Position numbers and translations under genes: made by a program
Shown here: one piece after another, positions 20,759 through 30,416 of the stretch
How the letters are laid out: every line of letters begins with the position of its first letter
How positions within the stretch are numbered: the stretch's first letter is position 1
Assembly (NCBI GenBank): GCA_964438895.1
Contig: CAYTMJ010000001.1
Span: 223,746-287,745, forward strand
DNA from: an uncultured Syntrophobacterales bacterium
Lineage (GTDB): Bacteria > Desulfobacterota > Binatia > UBA9968 > JAJDTQ01
Reading direction: 5' to 3'
Length of the DNA stretch: 64,000 bases
The notes under the pieces: model-generated
What the model was told of the DNA's origin: nothing
Databases searched by the model: none
Seen by the model: only the letters and a program-made list of their open reading frames with translations

Positions 20759-21408
20759 GATTCCTCCCGCTCGAACAACTCAACCCGGATCTCCCGCCCC
20801 CGGCCAGACTCCGGACACGCACTAACAGCCACCAGGCACGCCATCTCGGCGTGAAAGTCGACACGAGCCTCTTCCCGAGGACGGACGAATGTATCGAACA
20901 TTGCGCCGGTTTCCGAGTCAATTCGCATGGTTTGAAAGATGTTAAATGGGCTCGGAATGTCCACCGGCGAAATACTCCACGGGCGTAGGGCCTCCGACAG
21001 GTTCTCGTAGCACCCGTGGGTGGGGATGTCCTCCAACTTTTTGGGATTGGGGTCGATACCCTCTATAAAGTTCCGCTGAGCTAGTCCCGCAGCCACCAGC
21101 TCGAATCGTTTCCGGCTACACATGCCCTTCTGCAGGTCGTGCCGCCCTTCGCGAAAGCTATCCGCCACAATAGTCAGCAACGGATTATTGAGCTTCGACA
21201 GGAGCTGGTCCCCGGTGCTCATAAAGACCTTCGCCTGATTGGTCTTGGTCCTAGCCTGATCGAACCGCTCGGTGAGTTCGTGTAGGTTGAAGGCAACGAA
21301 ATCCACAACTGATCGGCCGGCCACCCGAATATACTGCCCCTTCTCTACAGAAACTGCGCGGCCCGTGTTCTTAGGCACCACCACACTGCTGAGCACATTG
21401 TCTGCCAT
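20755..21408 (-). CDS. DUF1989 protein (CgdA/B-like), copy 2
   Basis: About 55-60% identical by eye to copy 1, with the same conserved blocks. Confidence 0.7.
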   Translation of the reverse strand: MADNVLSSVVVPKNTGRAVSVEKGQYIRVAGRSVVDFVAFNLHELTERFDQARTKTNQAKVFMSTGDQLLSKLNNPLLTIVADSFREGRHDLQKGMCSRKRFELVAAGLAQRNFIEGIDPNPKKLEDIPTHGCYENLSEALRPWSISPVDIPSPFNIFQTMRIDSETGAMFDTFVRPREEARVDFHAEMACLVAVSACPESGRGREIRVELFEREES

Positions 21409-21556
21409 GTCTCCACCTACTCTATCCGTGAATTCGTACGCCTTTCAGTTTATGGCGCGACCATCCCCGAGTAAAGGCCTATCCCGGATGAGCTTGCGCA
21501 AAACAAACACTTTTGCTAACCCCAAATGGTTCGGAATCTCAACAAGGAGCATCATC

Positions 21557-22273
21557 ATGTTTACCGACAAAGTCGAACTCAAAGACTTCGAAAAGATGGA
21601 CCCGGAGTACCAGGAGCTGCTGAAGCGGGTCCTCGAGATTCAGTGTGACTGCGAGATCGGGGGCCCACATCTTTACATAGAAGATATGCTTCCCAACGCC
21701 CCGTCAAAGTTGGACCGACTCGTTGTAGCCCGTACTGCAGCCGAAGAGATGGACCACTACCGAAAAATGGCGCGCCTAGCCGGGGACATCGGAGAAGACG
21801 TGTCCCATGTTTTGAGTTCACCGAACCAGAAGCGGTATGTAGAGGCCTTCCGCGGCAAGATCACCACCTGGGAAGACTTCGCCGTCTTTGGTTTTTTGAT
21901 CGACCGGGTGGGCCAGTTCCAGCTCCACGAGTTTGAGGACTGCAGCTATCTCCCGCTTGCAGAGATCCTTCCGTCCATGGAGCAGGAGGAGATCGGACAC
22001 ATCTCCTATGGTACCAATCTGACTCGTGAGATGGCGGACAAGGGAGGCGAATCAAAACAACGGGTCCAGAAGTCCATCGACTATTGGTACGTCAAGGGCC
22101 TGGATATGTTTGGTCGGAACGAGTCGAAGCGCTCCGAGCGGTACCGCTACTGGGGGCTCAAGAGACGAACCAACGCTCAGCAGCGCGAGGAGTACACCAA
22201 CGAAATTAACGCCTTGATCGAGAGCATGGATCTTGAAATCCCCGATCCCAGCGTAGGTCGACTCTACACCTGA
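21557..22273 (+). CDS. Ferritin-like diiron-carboxylate protein (PaaA/PaaC-type oxygenase subunit-like)
   Basis: Two ExxH motifs (EEMDH, EEIGH) plus additional Glu ligands. The start is placed at ATG 21557, which has an AAGGAG RBS; the upstream part of the ORF-track entry overlaps the neighbouring gene and was rejected. Confidence 0.55.
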   Translation: MFTDKVELKDFEKMDPEYQELLKRVLEIQCDCEIGGPHLYIEDMLPNAPSKLDRLVVARTAAEEMDHYRKMARLAGDIGEDVSHVLSSPNQKRYVEAFRGKITTWEDFAVFGFLIDRVGQFQLHEFEDCSYLPLAEILPSMEQEEIGHISYGTNLTREMADKGGESKQRVQKSIDYWYVKGLDMFGRNESKRSERYRYWGLKRRTNAQQREEYTNEINALIESMDLEIPDPSVGRLYT

Positions 22274-22285
22274 GAATCCATCGAA

Positions 22286-22474
22286 ATGCCACAGACACCA
22301 AAACACGTAGAACTAGATGAGCACCTAAAGGAGTGCATCACTGCGCTCAAAGGGGCTGCCAATCAAGGTATTGTGAACATAAAGGACGAAGAGACCGTAG
22401 AACAGGCCCTCCAAGACTGCCAGGAGGTCATGGACATGGTGATGGAGGGAAAAGTTTCCGAGTGGCTGAAGTGA
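22286..22474 (+). CDS. Small acidic hypothetical protein (62 aa) in the diiron/ETF operon
   Basis: The ORF lies tightly between the diiron gene and etfB on the same strand. No recognisable family. Confidence 0.35.
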   Translation: MPQTPKHVELDEHLKECITALKGAANQGIVNIKDEETVEQALQDCQEVMDMVMEGKVSEWLK

Positions 22475-22570
22475 CCAGCTCGGAATCCCATCCCTCTCTC
22501 ACCACCATTTTCGAGTTCGCGGCCTAGCCCGCACATCGAGTTCCCACTACCGCACCGGAGGTTTGTAACG

Positions 22571-23350
22571 TTGGACATTGTCGTCTGCGGCAAGATCATA
22601 CCTGCCAGCACCGTTACCACCGAGATTGACCCCGCCACCAAGCGAATGATCCGCAAGGGCGTCGCCCACGAGCTAGATCCGGCTGCGGCCAGCGCCGTAG
22701 AAGAGGGTTTGCGCCTGATGGAAAAGGTGGATGGGTCGGTCACTCTAGTAACCATGGGTTTCAACGAAATCACCATCGGCATCAGGACAGCGCTGGCCAT
22801 GGGAGCAACTTCCGCAATTCACATCTTTGACGACGCCCTGGCGGGGTCCGACGCCTTATCTACCGCCAAGGCCCTGGCCGCAGCAATCCGAAAGAAACCC
22901 TTCGACCTCATCATCTGCGGTACGGAGAGTAGCGACAGCTATTCCGGCATCGTCCCCGGCCAGCTCGCGCGACTACTGGGGGTCCCGCCGGTCACTTTCG
23001 CCAACGAGATGATCATTGAGGGAACGACGCTTACCATCAAACGCCAAAGCGAGGCAGGCTATGACGTGGTGGAGGCGGACCTGCCTGCGCTAGTAACGGT
23101 CACCAGCGGAATCAACGAACCCCGCTACCCACAGCTCAAGGGCATAATGTCAGCCAAGAAGAAGGAGATCCTGCAATTGTCCGTCGAGGATCTCGGGCTG
23201 ACGCCGGACGACGTGGGTGAGCCGGGTGCTAGAGAGAAGGTTCTGGAGATCGGCCGACCACCCACGCGAGATATCGGTGACGTGGTAGAGGACGACGGAG
23301 ACGGGGGTAAACGAATCGCCGAATTCCTAACTGAGGCCAAGGTCATATGA
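22571..23350 (+). CDS. etfB: Electron transfer flavoprotein beta subunit
   Basis: N-terminus MDIVVCGK plus ETF-beta fold motifs. Confidence 0.9.
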   Translation: MDIVVCGKIIPASTVTTEIDPATKRMIRKGVAHELDPAAASAVEEGLRLMEKVDGSVTLVTMGFNEITIGIRTALAMGATSAIHIFDDALAGSDALSTAKALAAAIRKKPFDLIICGTESSDSYSGIVPGQLARLLGVPPVTFANEMIIEGTTLTIKRQSEAGYDVVEADLPALVTVTSGINEPRYPQLKGIMSAKKKEILQLSVEDLGLTPDDVGEPGAREKVLEIGRPPTRDIGDVVEDDGDGGKRIAEFLTEAKVI

Positions 23351-24312
23351 TGTCTGATATCATTTGGGTCTACGGCGAGGTGGTGGATGATTCCGTCACC
23401 TCCACCACACTGGAGATGGTGACCAAGGCCACCGAAGTAGGTACCGCCGAGGTGATCCTGTTAGGTCCGGCACCCGATGACTCCGTGGAGTTGTTGGGTC
23501 GGTACGGCGCTAGCAAAGTCTACCGTTCAATGGACCCGGTCTTCCGCGAGTACCTGACGCTACCGGCAGTGGTGGTAGTGGAATCTCTCATCCGTAAACA
23601 CGAACCTTCGGTAGTCCTCTTCGCATCCAGCTACAACGGCCGCGACGTGGCAGCGGCCCTAAGCGCTAGCCTCGACTGCGGTGCCATTACCGACGTAGCG
23701 GACTTCACCCTTACGAACGGTACGCTAGAGGCCAAGATTCCGGCCCTGGGAGCAAGCTACTGGAACACATCCACCCTGGTGCACGACGACGTCAAATTGC
23801 TGCTGGTAAGACCCAAGGCGTTCGAGGCTACTGAGAGTCCCAAGAACCCGGAAGTGGAGGAGATAACACCCGCCGATGACGCTGACCTTCGCAAGATTCG
23901 GGTCAAGGAAAGGGTCGCAGCCAAGGCCGAAGGGCCCCAGTTGGAGGGCGCCAAAGTCATTGTAGCCGGCGGACGCGGCTTGGCCGGACCCGAACACTTC
24001 GACATGCTTCGGGAGTTGTCCGAATTGTTAGGAGGTGCCGTGGGGGCCACTCGCGCCGTCGTCGACTCGGGCTGGGTGCCCTACTCACTCCAGATCGGAC
24101 AGACTGGAAAGACTGTGAAACCCGACCTCTACATTGCCTGTGGCATCTCTGGAGCCGTGCAGCACCTGGCTGGCATGAAAGACTCAAAGCTGATCGTTGC
24201 CGTCAACAAGGATGCCGACGCCCCGATCTTCCAAATGTGCGACTTAGGAATCGTGGGCGACGTGTTCAAGGTCATCCCTCAGTTAATCGAAGAGATTAAA
24301 TCACGCAGGTGA
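23347..24312 (+). CDS. etfA: Electron transfer flavoprotein alpha subunit
   Basis: C-terminal FAD-binding region [12 protein letters not shown]. The gene overlaps etfB by 4 bp. Confidence 0.9.
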   Translation: MMSDIIWVYGEVVDDSVTSTTLEMVTKATEVGTAEVILLGPAPDDSVELLGRYGASKVYRSMDPVFREYLTLPAVVVVESLIRKHEPSVVLFASSYNGRDVAAALSASLDCGAITDVADFTLTNGTLEAKIPALGASYWNTSTLVHDDVKLLLVRPKAFEATESPKNPEVEEITPADDADLRKIRVKERVAAKAEGPQLEGAKVIVAGGRGLAGPEHFDMLRELSELLGGAVGATRAVVDSGWVPYSLQIGQTGKTVKPDLYIACGISGAVQHLAGMKDSKLIVAVNKDADAPIFQMCDLGIVGDVFKVIPQLIEEIKSRR

Positions 24313-24581
24313 AGCGCCGCAAACAAAACCCCAAGTTCCTGCAAAGTTCCCTGTTCCGCTAGAGGACAAATCTCCCCTTGGGATTGAGTCGTAAACGACC
24401 GGGGGGTTCGTCCATCCGTACCCTTCAAAATAGGACTACCCTCGTTACGTGCCTAATAACACGGCACAAATCGTCGACGAGAACGGCGCTGATCGACGTT
24501 TCCGTCGACGCGCCATCCAGAGCCTCCTGAGAAAACACGTTATTTCAGTACCTTAGATTTGTGGAGTGTCTGGCATGAGTT

Positions 24582-24854
24582 TTGCTTAACTTAAGTAGTA
24601 AATCTCATTTGGACAAGGAACCATCAATGAAATCACTCGTGCTTCTCGATGTTATCAAAGCGGTAGGCGAACACGCGGAGACTTCCAATGAACTAAAGGT
24701 CGTTGTGGCCCACCTCATCAACAGCGGGAAGGTCAAACTAAACGGCGACCTCGCTGGTTGCAAGGTCGACTGTCGCCCGAATGCGGATCGGCAGGCCGTC
24801 GTTGTTGGGTTTCAAACCACACTGCCCCAACAGAAACTGGACGAAGCGGGCTAA
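24582..24854 (+). CDS. Hypothetical small protein
   Basis: An ORF at the left edge of the low-GC segment with no family recognised. The true start may be the internal Met (MKSLVLL). Confidence 0.3.
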   Translation: MLNLSSKSHLDKEPSMKSLVLLDVIKAVGEHAETSNELKVVVAHLINSGKVKLNGDLAGCKVDCRPNADRQAVVVGFQTTLPQQKLDEAG

Positions 24855-25098
24855 CAAGGGTCGGCAGGCCCCCTTTTTCCTGCGCGAAGGTGAGGTGCGA
24901 TTCCTTCTGTATGCACCAACCGCATTGATAACTATTCAGAATCAATAGAAGGTCCAAAAGGGTGATTGTGAATCAGAGTTGCTACGGTAGATACTCTACA
25001 GTTATAAGTGGAACTACTGGCATGCTTTCGAGATCGATCAACATATAGAACAAGATCTTTTCAACAATGGTAGCCATTAGGAAGCTGACGGTTTTTCC

Positions 25099-26049
25099 AT
25101 GAAAACGGTAAGTTTTTTGGCTTTAGGGGCTTTTTCTTATCAGTTGGAGCCTGTTATTTCACTGCTACGGTCAGATTATCGTCACCAGGTCGAGTTTATA
25201 CCGCAAAGCGACCTCAACGAATCTTTGGATCGTTTTTCTCTAAATACAGACCTCATTGTAACGGTGCATTCAATAGGTGATGGGCTTTCTGAGTTTCTAA
25301 ATATGGCAAGGAATTCGGGGATCCTATCTCTTACTATCCAAGATGGAATTATTGAACATTGTCACGCTTGGCTGAAGCCCCGTTCACGCAACTTCTATCG
25401 ACCAATCCTCACAGATAAGATTGCTGTTATGGGATCGTTTTCCCGGGATATTCTAATTGCGTGGGGTGCAGAACCTAATTCTATTGCAATCACCGGCTTG
25501 CCAAGAATGGATTATTTGCCCGAAATACCTGCTCCTTTTGGAGATAGTTTGCTTTTGACATGTGCAAATACCCCTTTTTATGATGACGATACCAAAATGC
25601 ACTTTAAGCAGTTTATGATGCATTTGATTAATGAATTTGAAACTCGTCACATAGACTATGTAGCCCGCCTACCTAAGTCGGTATATGAACTTCTCGAATA
25701 TAGAATTCCAAAAGAATCATACTCAGATTCGTCTGATAGGAGATCCCTCAGAGAGGATTTAGGTAGATCGAGTGCAGTACTTACGACTATGAGTACTGTC
25801 GCCCTCGAGGCGATGGCATGCCATCGCCCCACAGCGATAATCAACCCAGAAAATATGACCCAGTATTTTCATACGCCGTGGACCATAAGCTCAACAGACC
25901 AAGCCTCCAAAGTGATTTCTGAATTATTATCGGCTCCCGCTGAAAAGATGATATTTCAAAATTATGTGTTGAGCCAACATCTAAGGATCGACAACTCTTC
26001 AACCGATCGCGTATGTCAACTCATTAACACCATGCTCCTGGAATCGTAA
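25099..26049 (+). CDS. Putative surface-polysaccharide biosynthesis protein (GT-B-like glycosyl/glycerophosphotransferase-like)
   Basis: Low GC and a Rossmann-like C-terminal half resembling capsule or teichoic-acid-type transferases. The assignment is tentative. Confidence 0.4.
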   Translation: MKTVSFLALGAFSYQLEPVISLLRSDYRHQVEFIPQSDLNESLDRFSLNTDLIVTVHSIGDGLSEFLNMARNSGILSLTIQDGIIEHCHAWLKPRSRNFYRPILTDKIAVMGSFSRDILIAWGAEPNSIAITGLPRMDYLPEIPAPFGDSLLLTCANTPFYDDDTKMHFKQFMMHLINEFETRHIDYVARLPKSVYELLEYRIPKESYSDSSDRRSLREDLGRSSAVLTTMSTVALEAMACHRPTAIINPENMTQYFHTPWTISSTDQASKVISELLSAPAEKMIFQNYVLSQHLRIDNSSTDRVCQLINTMLLES

Positions 26050-26761
26050 AGAGGGCTTGTTTATTGTTTATCCCCGCGCAATACACCCAGTCTGCTGCCA
26101 TCCGGCCTGTTTGTGGTCTTTTGGTCTAACCTAGCCATATTGGGGTAGCCGTGGCCCAGTCGCGCCTAACACATCAAGAACCTCGAGGAGCCGGTTCGAA
26201 AAACGGTGTCATAGCCGGTCACATTTACCTTAGCGATCCATCATTGGGCCTGCGATTACCCGGGTGGGTTAGGCGGCTCAGATCAGGGTGTGCTTGGCGA
26301 ATTCCGCCCCCCTATCGAAGATGAGGGAGCGTCAGAAGGCCGCGGCAGGCAGCGCTCTGACGGTCCAGACCTTTGATCCGGATTTCGATGCTGGCGATGC
26401 GTTCGTCAAGGTAGTCGGCTGCTTTTGTCTCAGCACTACCATTCAGCTGGAATTGACTCTCCTACGCTCCTCTGCCGCAAGGACATAAGCACAGCGACAC
26501 CAAAAACAGGTTTTGTCTTTGAGCAAATAATCTAGAGTAACCACTCAGAACATAAGCTGGTATGATTTCTACTGGGTCGTGGAGCCTTCCTACCGGTCGA
26601 ATCGCCGCAATGTAGATCGTACAATACCGGCAAAACGACAAGATTGCCTTTCACAGCACGTGGCGGCAGGTTAAGCGATCGCAAACAGCGCTGCCACATA
26701 AATATTGGTTGTTTTTTGCAGTAAAGAACGGAAAGATCTAATTGGGGATTCGAGATTAGAT

Positions 26762-28627
26762 ATGTGTGGAATATTTGCGGTAATCCAGAAGTCGACGCCT
26801 ATTTGCCGAGAAAGGCTGACGGCATGCGTCGAACTCCTCAATCACCGCGGGCCAGACTTTCAGAATATTTCGATAAGCGAGGAGGAAGTTGCTACACCGG
26901 CCGGGCCGATGAAACTACATATCGGCATGGCACATACGCGCCTCTCGATCATTGACATAGATGCCAGGTCGAATCAGCCCTACCTCGGGGAAGATGGTTC
27001 TAGCTTAGTATATAATGGCGAGATCTATAATTTTCGCGAAGTCAAAAGAAGGATGCGCCCACACACGGATTTTTCAACTCAAGGAGATACAGAACTACTG
27101 TTCCACTCCCTACGTTCCACTGGAGGGGAAAGCCTGAAAGAACTCAATGGGATGTGGGCTTTTGCATTCTGGAATGCCAAAGGCAAGCACCTTTTGGCCG
27201 GCCGGGACCGTTATGGAGAAAAGCCAATATTCTATTTCGTTGATGACACGGTGGTTTGCCTGTCTTCCGAAATCAAACCTATCCTCCACTACCTAAGCCG
27301 ACCGGCTCGTTTCTCCCGAGACGCTATTACCTCTTACCTTTGCCACGGTATCGCTTTTCCTCCCGCCGATGGATCCACCCACGTTCCTGGTATTCGCCAG
27401 GTTCGCCCATCCCATTACCTGGTATTTAATCCGCGCGAATGGTCAATCAACGAAACCTCGTACTTCGACGCGGGGAGTGAAATCGTGGACGACGCGGACG
27501 TCACCACAGACGACTTAGCTACTGCATTGGAAGAGGCTGTGTTGTCCCGATTGCTTTCCGATCGCCCAGTCAGTTTACTTTTATCCGGTGGTATTGACAG
27601 TACGCTCATACTCTCAGTGCTCGTTTCCAGCGGCCTGCAAGACCGCGTTCAATGTTTCATCGGAGAGACGGGAGTTTCCGATGATGCCATTTATGCGCGT
27701 GAATGCGTTACCCTATTCGGGATCACAGCTCGTACAATTCACCTGGACTATGGACAAACGTCCTTTTCTCGCTTCCTTGACATCTGCTCTCATCAAGAAA
27801 AGCCATTCTCTCTAAACGGCAATGCCATTGCCATGCCTGAGATGTACGAAGCGATTAGTCAAAATAACGTGCCTGTGGTCCTAGACGGTAGTGGTGGGGA
27901 CGAAGTATTTGGCGGTTACTGGGATCGGTATACCAATTTCTTGGTGCGTGATGCTGTCAGGCAAAATGACCTTTCCACCTTGAGTGCTCTATACGAAGCC
28001 AATCGAGACACTCCTGAAGTTATTAAATTTTTAGATCGCGCATTCGCAAAAGCGACAGCACATGGTGACCCGACCCCGGCCCCGCCGCCGCGGCTTGCCC
28101 GCGACTATTTATATCCAGACAGTCTCGTTGAAACTTCACCAGACCCCCTCGCCACCCACGCTGGCTCTTTTACTGAAGCTTTGACCAAAGATGCTTTCTC
28201 CGGCCGATTAGGGGAATGGCTTTGGCAAAACGATCGCAACGCCATGATGAATGGTGTTGAAAACAGAAGCCCGTTTTTGGATCACCGTCTGGTTCGTTTT
28301 TTGGGCACAGGTAGCAAACGTAAATTTGTCGCGGGATGGAACAAACATGAGCTGCGTCTCGCCTACGACAAACTGACCCCGATGCCAACCCAATGGCGGC
28401 GCCAGAAGCAGGGATTCCGGTGGCAAAGCTCATGGTTTATTCGGGAAAATAAAGCGAAAACCATGGAAATAATTGCCAATTCGCAGTTGCTCCAGGCCCA
28501 TGTGGATGTTGATGCGTTTCTAAGTAACATTAAGTCAGGACGCCTAAACATCGAAAACCAGCTTACTCCTCGTCTCCTATGCGTTGGGGCGTTAGAACAT
28601 GTGATGAGCGTCTCAGCGGAACACTAG
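26762..28627 (+). CDS. Asparagine synthase (glutamine-hydrolysing) family amidotransferase, AsnB/WbpS-like
   Basis: MCGI N-terminal nucleophile of class-II glutamine amidotransferases, followed by an asparagine-synthase domain with SGGIDS. The start is placed at ATG 26762. Confidence 0.85.
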   Translation: MCGIFAVIQKSTPICRERLTACVELLNHRGPDFQNISISEEEVATPAGPMKLHIGMAHTRLSIIDIDARSNQPYLGEDGSSLVYNGEIYNFREVKRRMRPHTDFSTQGDTELLFHSLRSTGGESLKELNGMWAFAFWNAKGKHLLAGRDRYGEKPIFYFVDDTVVCLSSEIKPILHYLSRPARFSRDAITSYLCHGIAFPPADGSTHVPGIRQVRPSHYLVFNPREWSINETSYFDAGSEIVDDADVTTDDLATALEEAVLSRLLSDRPVSLLLSGGIDSTLILSVLVSSGLQDRVQCFIGETGVSDDAIYARECVTLFGITARTIHLDYGQTSFSRFLDICSHQEKPFSLNGNAIAMPEMYEAISQNNVPVVLDGSGGDEVFGGYWDRYTNFLVRDAVRQNDLSTLSALYEANRDTPEVIKFLDRAFAKATAHGDPTPAPPPRLARDYLYPDSLVETSPDPLATHAGSFTEALTKDAFSGRLGEWLWQNDRNAMMNGVENRSPFLDHRLVRFLGTGSKRKFVAGWNKHELRLAYDKLTPMPTQWRRQKQGFRWQSSWFIRENKAKTMEIIANSQLLQAHVDVDAFLSNIKSGRLNIENQLTPRLLCVGALEHVMSVSAEH

Positions 28628-28884
28628 CTGTTTAGTCCCGAAGAGTATGTGCCCTGTGCCCTAAAATTCACCCCTTATCCCAGATAGACTCCCTCGACGA
28701 ACGCGGGGCTTCCCGGAGCGAATGGTCAATCCTTCCACAAAACGCGGATTATAATCACCCGACCTCATATGAGTAGTAGCGAACAACCCCAGAATCTGGT
28801 TCGAACACAGCAAGGGTAGCTTGTCAGTGCGGGCGATTCTTGCTAGGACGGGTCATGGATAGCATAACGATGCTGGTATGATTG

Positions 28885-28916
28885 AAAAGCCCAGGCGGAA
28901 GCCTGGGCTTTTTTTG
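28885..28916 (+). terminator. Rho-independent terminator (aaaagcccaggc-ggaa-gcctgggcttttttt)
   Basis: A perfect 11-bp GC-rich stem with a tetraloop and a T7 run, and an A-run on the other side. Confidence 0.7.
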
Positions 28917-28949
28917 TAACGTTTAGAGGGGTTCGCCTCGAGGTGAAGG

Positions 28950-30416
28950 ATGCTCGATCAGGAAGTCTTGCCCATTGGGCTCACATTCGACGACGTACTG
29001 CTGGTGCCCGCGGAATCGTCGATTTCGCCAACTGACGCCGATGTTTCTACGCGGTTGACTGAACACATTCAGCTCAATATTCCGCTACTCAGCGCGGCCA
29101 TGGACACCGTTACCGAGGCCCGGACGGCCATTGCCATGGCCCAGGAAGGCGGCATGGGTTTCATCCACCGCAACATGTCTGTCGAGGCGCAGGCCAAAGA
29201 GGTGGAAAAAGTCAAAAAATTCGAGAGCGGCATGATCTCGGACCCGGTTACCGTAAGCCCCCATCAGAAAATAGCTGAAGCCCGAGGGCTGATGGAAGAG
29301 CACGGGATATCAGGCCTCCCCGTAACGCAAAAAGGCCGCCTGGTGGGAATCTTAACCAACCGGGACCTCCGCTTCGAGAAGAATCTAAATCGTTGCGTCG
29401 ACGAGTTGATGACCAAGGACAATCTCATCACGGTGCGGGATGGCGTCGACCTCGACGAGGCGCAGGAACTCTTGCACTTACACCGAATCGAAAAGCTTCT
29501 GGTAGTAGACGGCGACTACAGACTGAAAGGCCTGATTACCGTCAAGGACATTGAGAAGAAGACACGCCATCCGATGGCCTGCAAGGACGACCACGGCCAT
29601 CTCCGGGTGGGCGCTGCGGTAGGCGTGGGATTCGACCGGGAAGAGCGGGTGGCGACGTTGGTACGGTCTGGGGTCGATGTAATTACGGTGGATACGGCCC
29701 ACGGTCACTCTGTCAAGGTGCTGGAAGCAGTAGCCCAGATTCGACGCGACCACCCGGATCTCGAACTCATTGGGGGCAACGTAGCCACGGCACAGGGTGC
29801 GCAGGCTCTCATCAATGCCGGGGTCAACGGCGTCAAGGTGGGTGTTGGGCCCGGTTCCATCTGCACCACCCGGGTGATATCAGGAGTCGGCGTCCCTCAG
29901 CTGAGTGCCATTGCCGACTGCGCTCGGACGGCCGCGCGGTCCGGGATCCCCCTAGTGTCCGACGGAGGCATCAAATATTCCGGGGACGTCACCAAAGCGT
30001 TGGCGGCGGGCGCCAATTCGGTGATGATCGGTACCCTATTCGGGGGCTGCGAGGAAAGCCCTGGAGAAACCGTACTGTACCAGGGCCGCACCTACAAAGT
30101 GTATCGCGGCATGGGTTCCCTAGGCGCCATGCGGGAGGGTAGTAAGGACCGCTACGCACAGGAGAACGTCGAAGACGATGCGAAGCTAGTACCAGAAGGC
30201 GTCGAAGGCCAGGTACCTTATCGCGGCACCCTGGCAGTAAACGTCCTTCAGTTGATCGGAGGGGTTCGCGCCGGTATGGGCTATGTTGGCTGCGCCACCA
30301 TCGAGGAGCTACAAACCACGGCACGGTTCATGCAGGTCACCGCGGCTGGTCTTACTGAAGGCCACGTTCACGACGTATTCATTACGAATGAAGCGCCCAA
30401 CTACCGAAGAGAATGA
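28950..30416 (+). CDS. guaB: IMP dehydrogenase
   Basis: IMPDH N-terminus, a tandem CBS pair, and catalytic [10 protein letters not shown]. Confidence 0.95.
   Translation: MLDQEVLPIGLTFDDVLLVPAESSISPTDADVSTRLTEHIQLNIPLLSAAMDTVTEARTAIAMAQEGGMGFIHRNMSVEAQAKEVEKVKKFESGMISDPVTVSPHQKIAEARGLMEEHGISGLPVTQKGRLVGILTNRDLRFEKNLNRCVDELMTKDNLITVRDGVDLDEAQELLHLHRIEKLLVVDGDYRLKGLITVKDIEKKTRHPMACKDDHGHLRVGAAVGVGFDREERVATLVRSGVDVITVDTAHGHSVKVLEAVAQIRRDHPDLELIGGNVATAQGAQALINAGVNGVKVGVGPGSICTTRVISGVGVPQLSAIADCARTAARSGIPLVSDGGIKYSGDVTKALAAGANSVMIGTLFGGCEESPGETVLYQGRTYKVYRGMGSLGAMREGSKDRYAQENVEDDAKLVPEGVEGQVPYRGTLAVNVLQLIGGVRAGMGYVGCATIEELQTTARFMQVTAAGLTEGHVHDVFITNEAPNYRRE

Noticed and set aside
21272-21556. The upstream 95 codons of the ORF-track entry for the diiron protein.
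   Set aside because: It overlaps the DUF1989 gene on the other strand, and the sequence is low-complexity. An internal ATG at 21557 with an AAGGAG RBS gives a protein that starts where family similarity begins.
24420-24520. The GTCGACG...CGTCGAC palindromic motif in the leader of the low-GC island.
   Set aside because: It is imperfect and could be chance, and there is no adjacent regulator gene to link it to.
26280-26420. Reverse-strand translation of this region looked vaguely transposase-like (ADYLDERIASIEIRIKGLDRQ...).
   Set aside because: It is too short and ends in a stop with no recognisable DDE or HTH motifs. It may be nothing.
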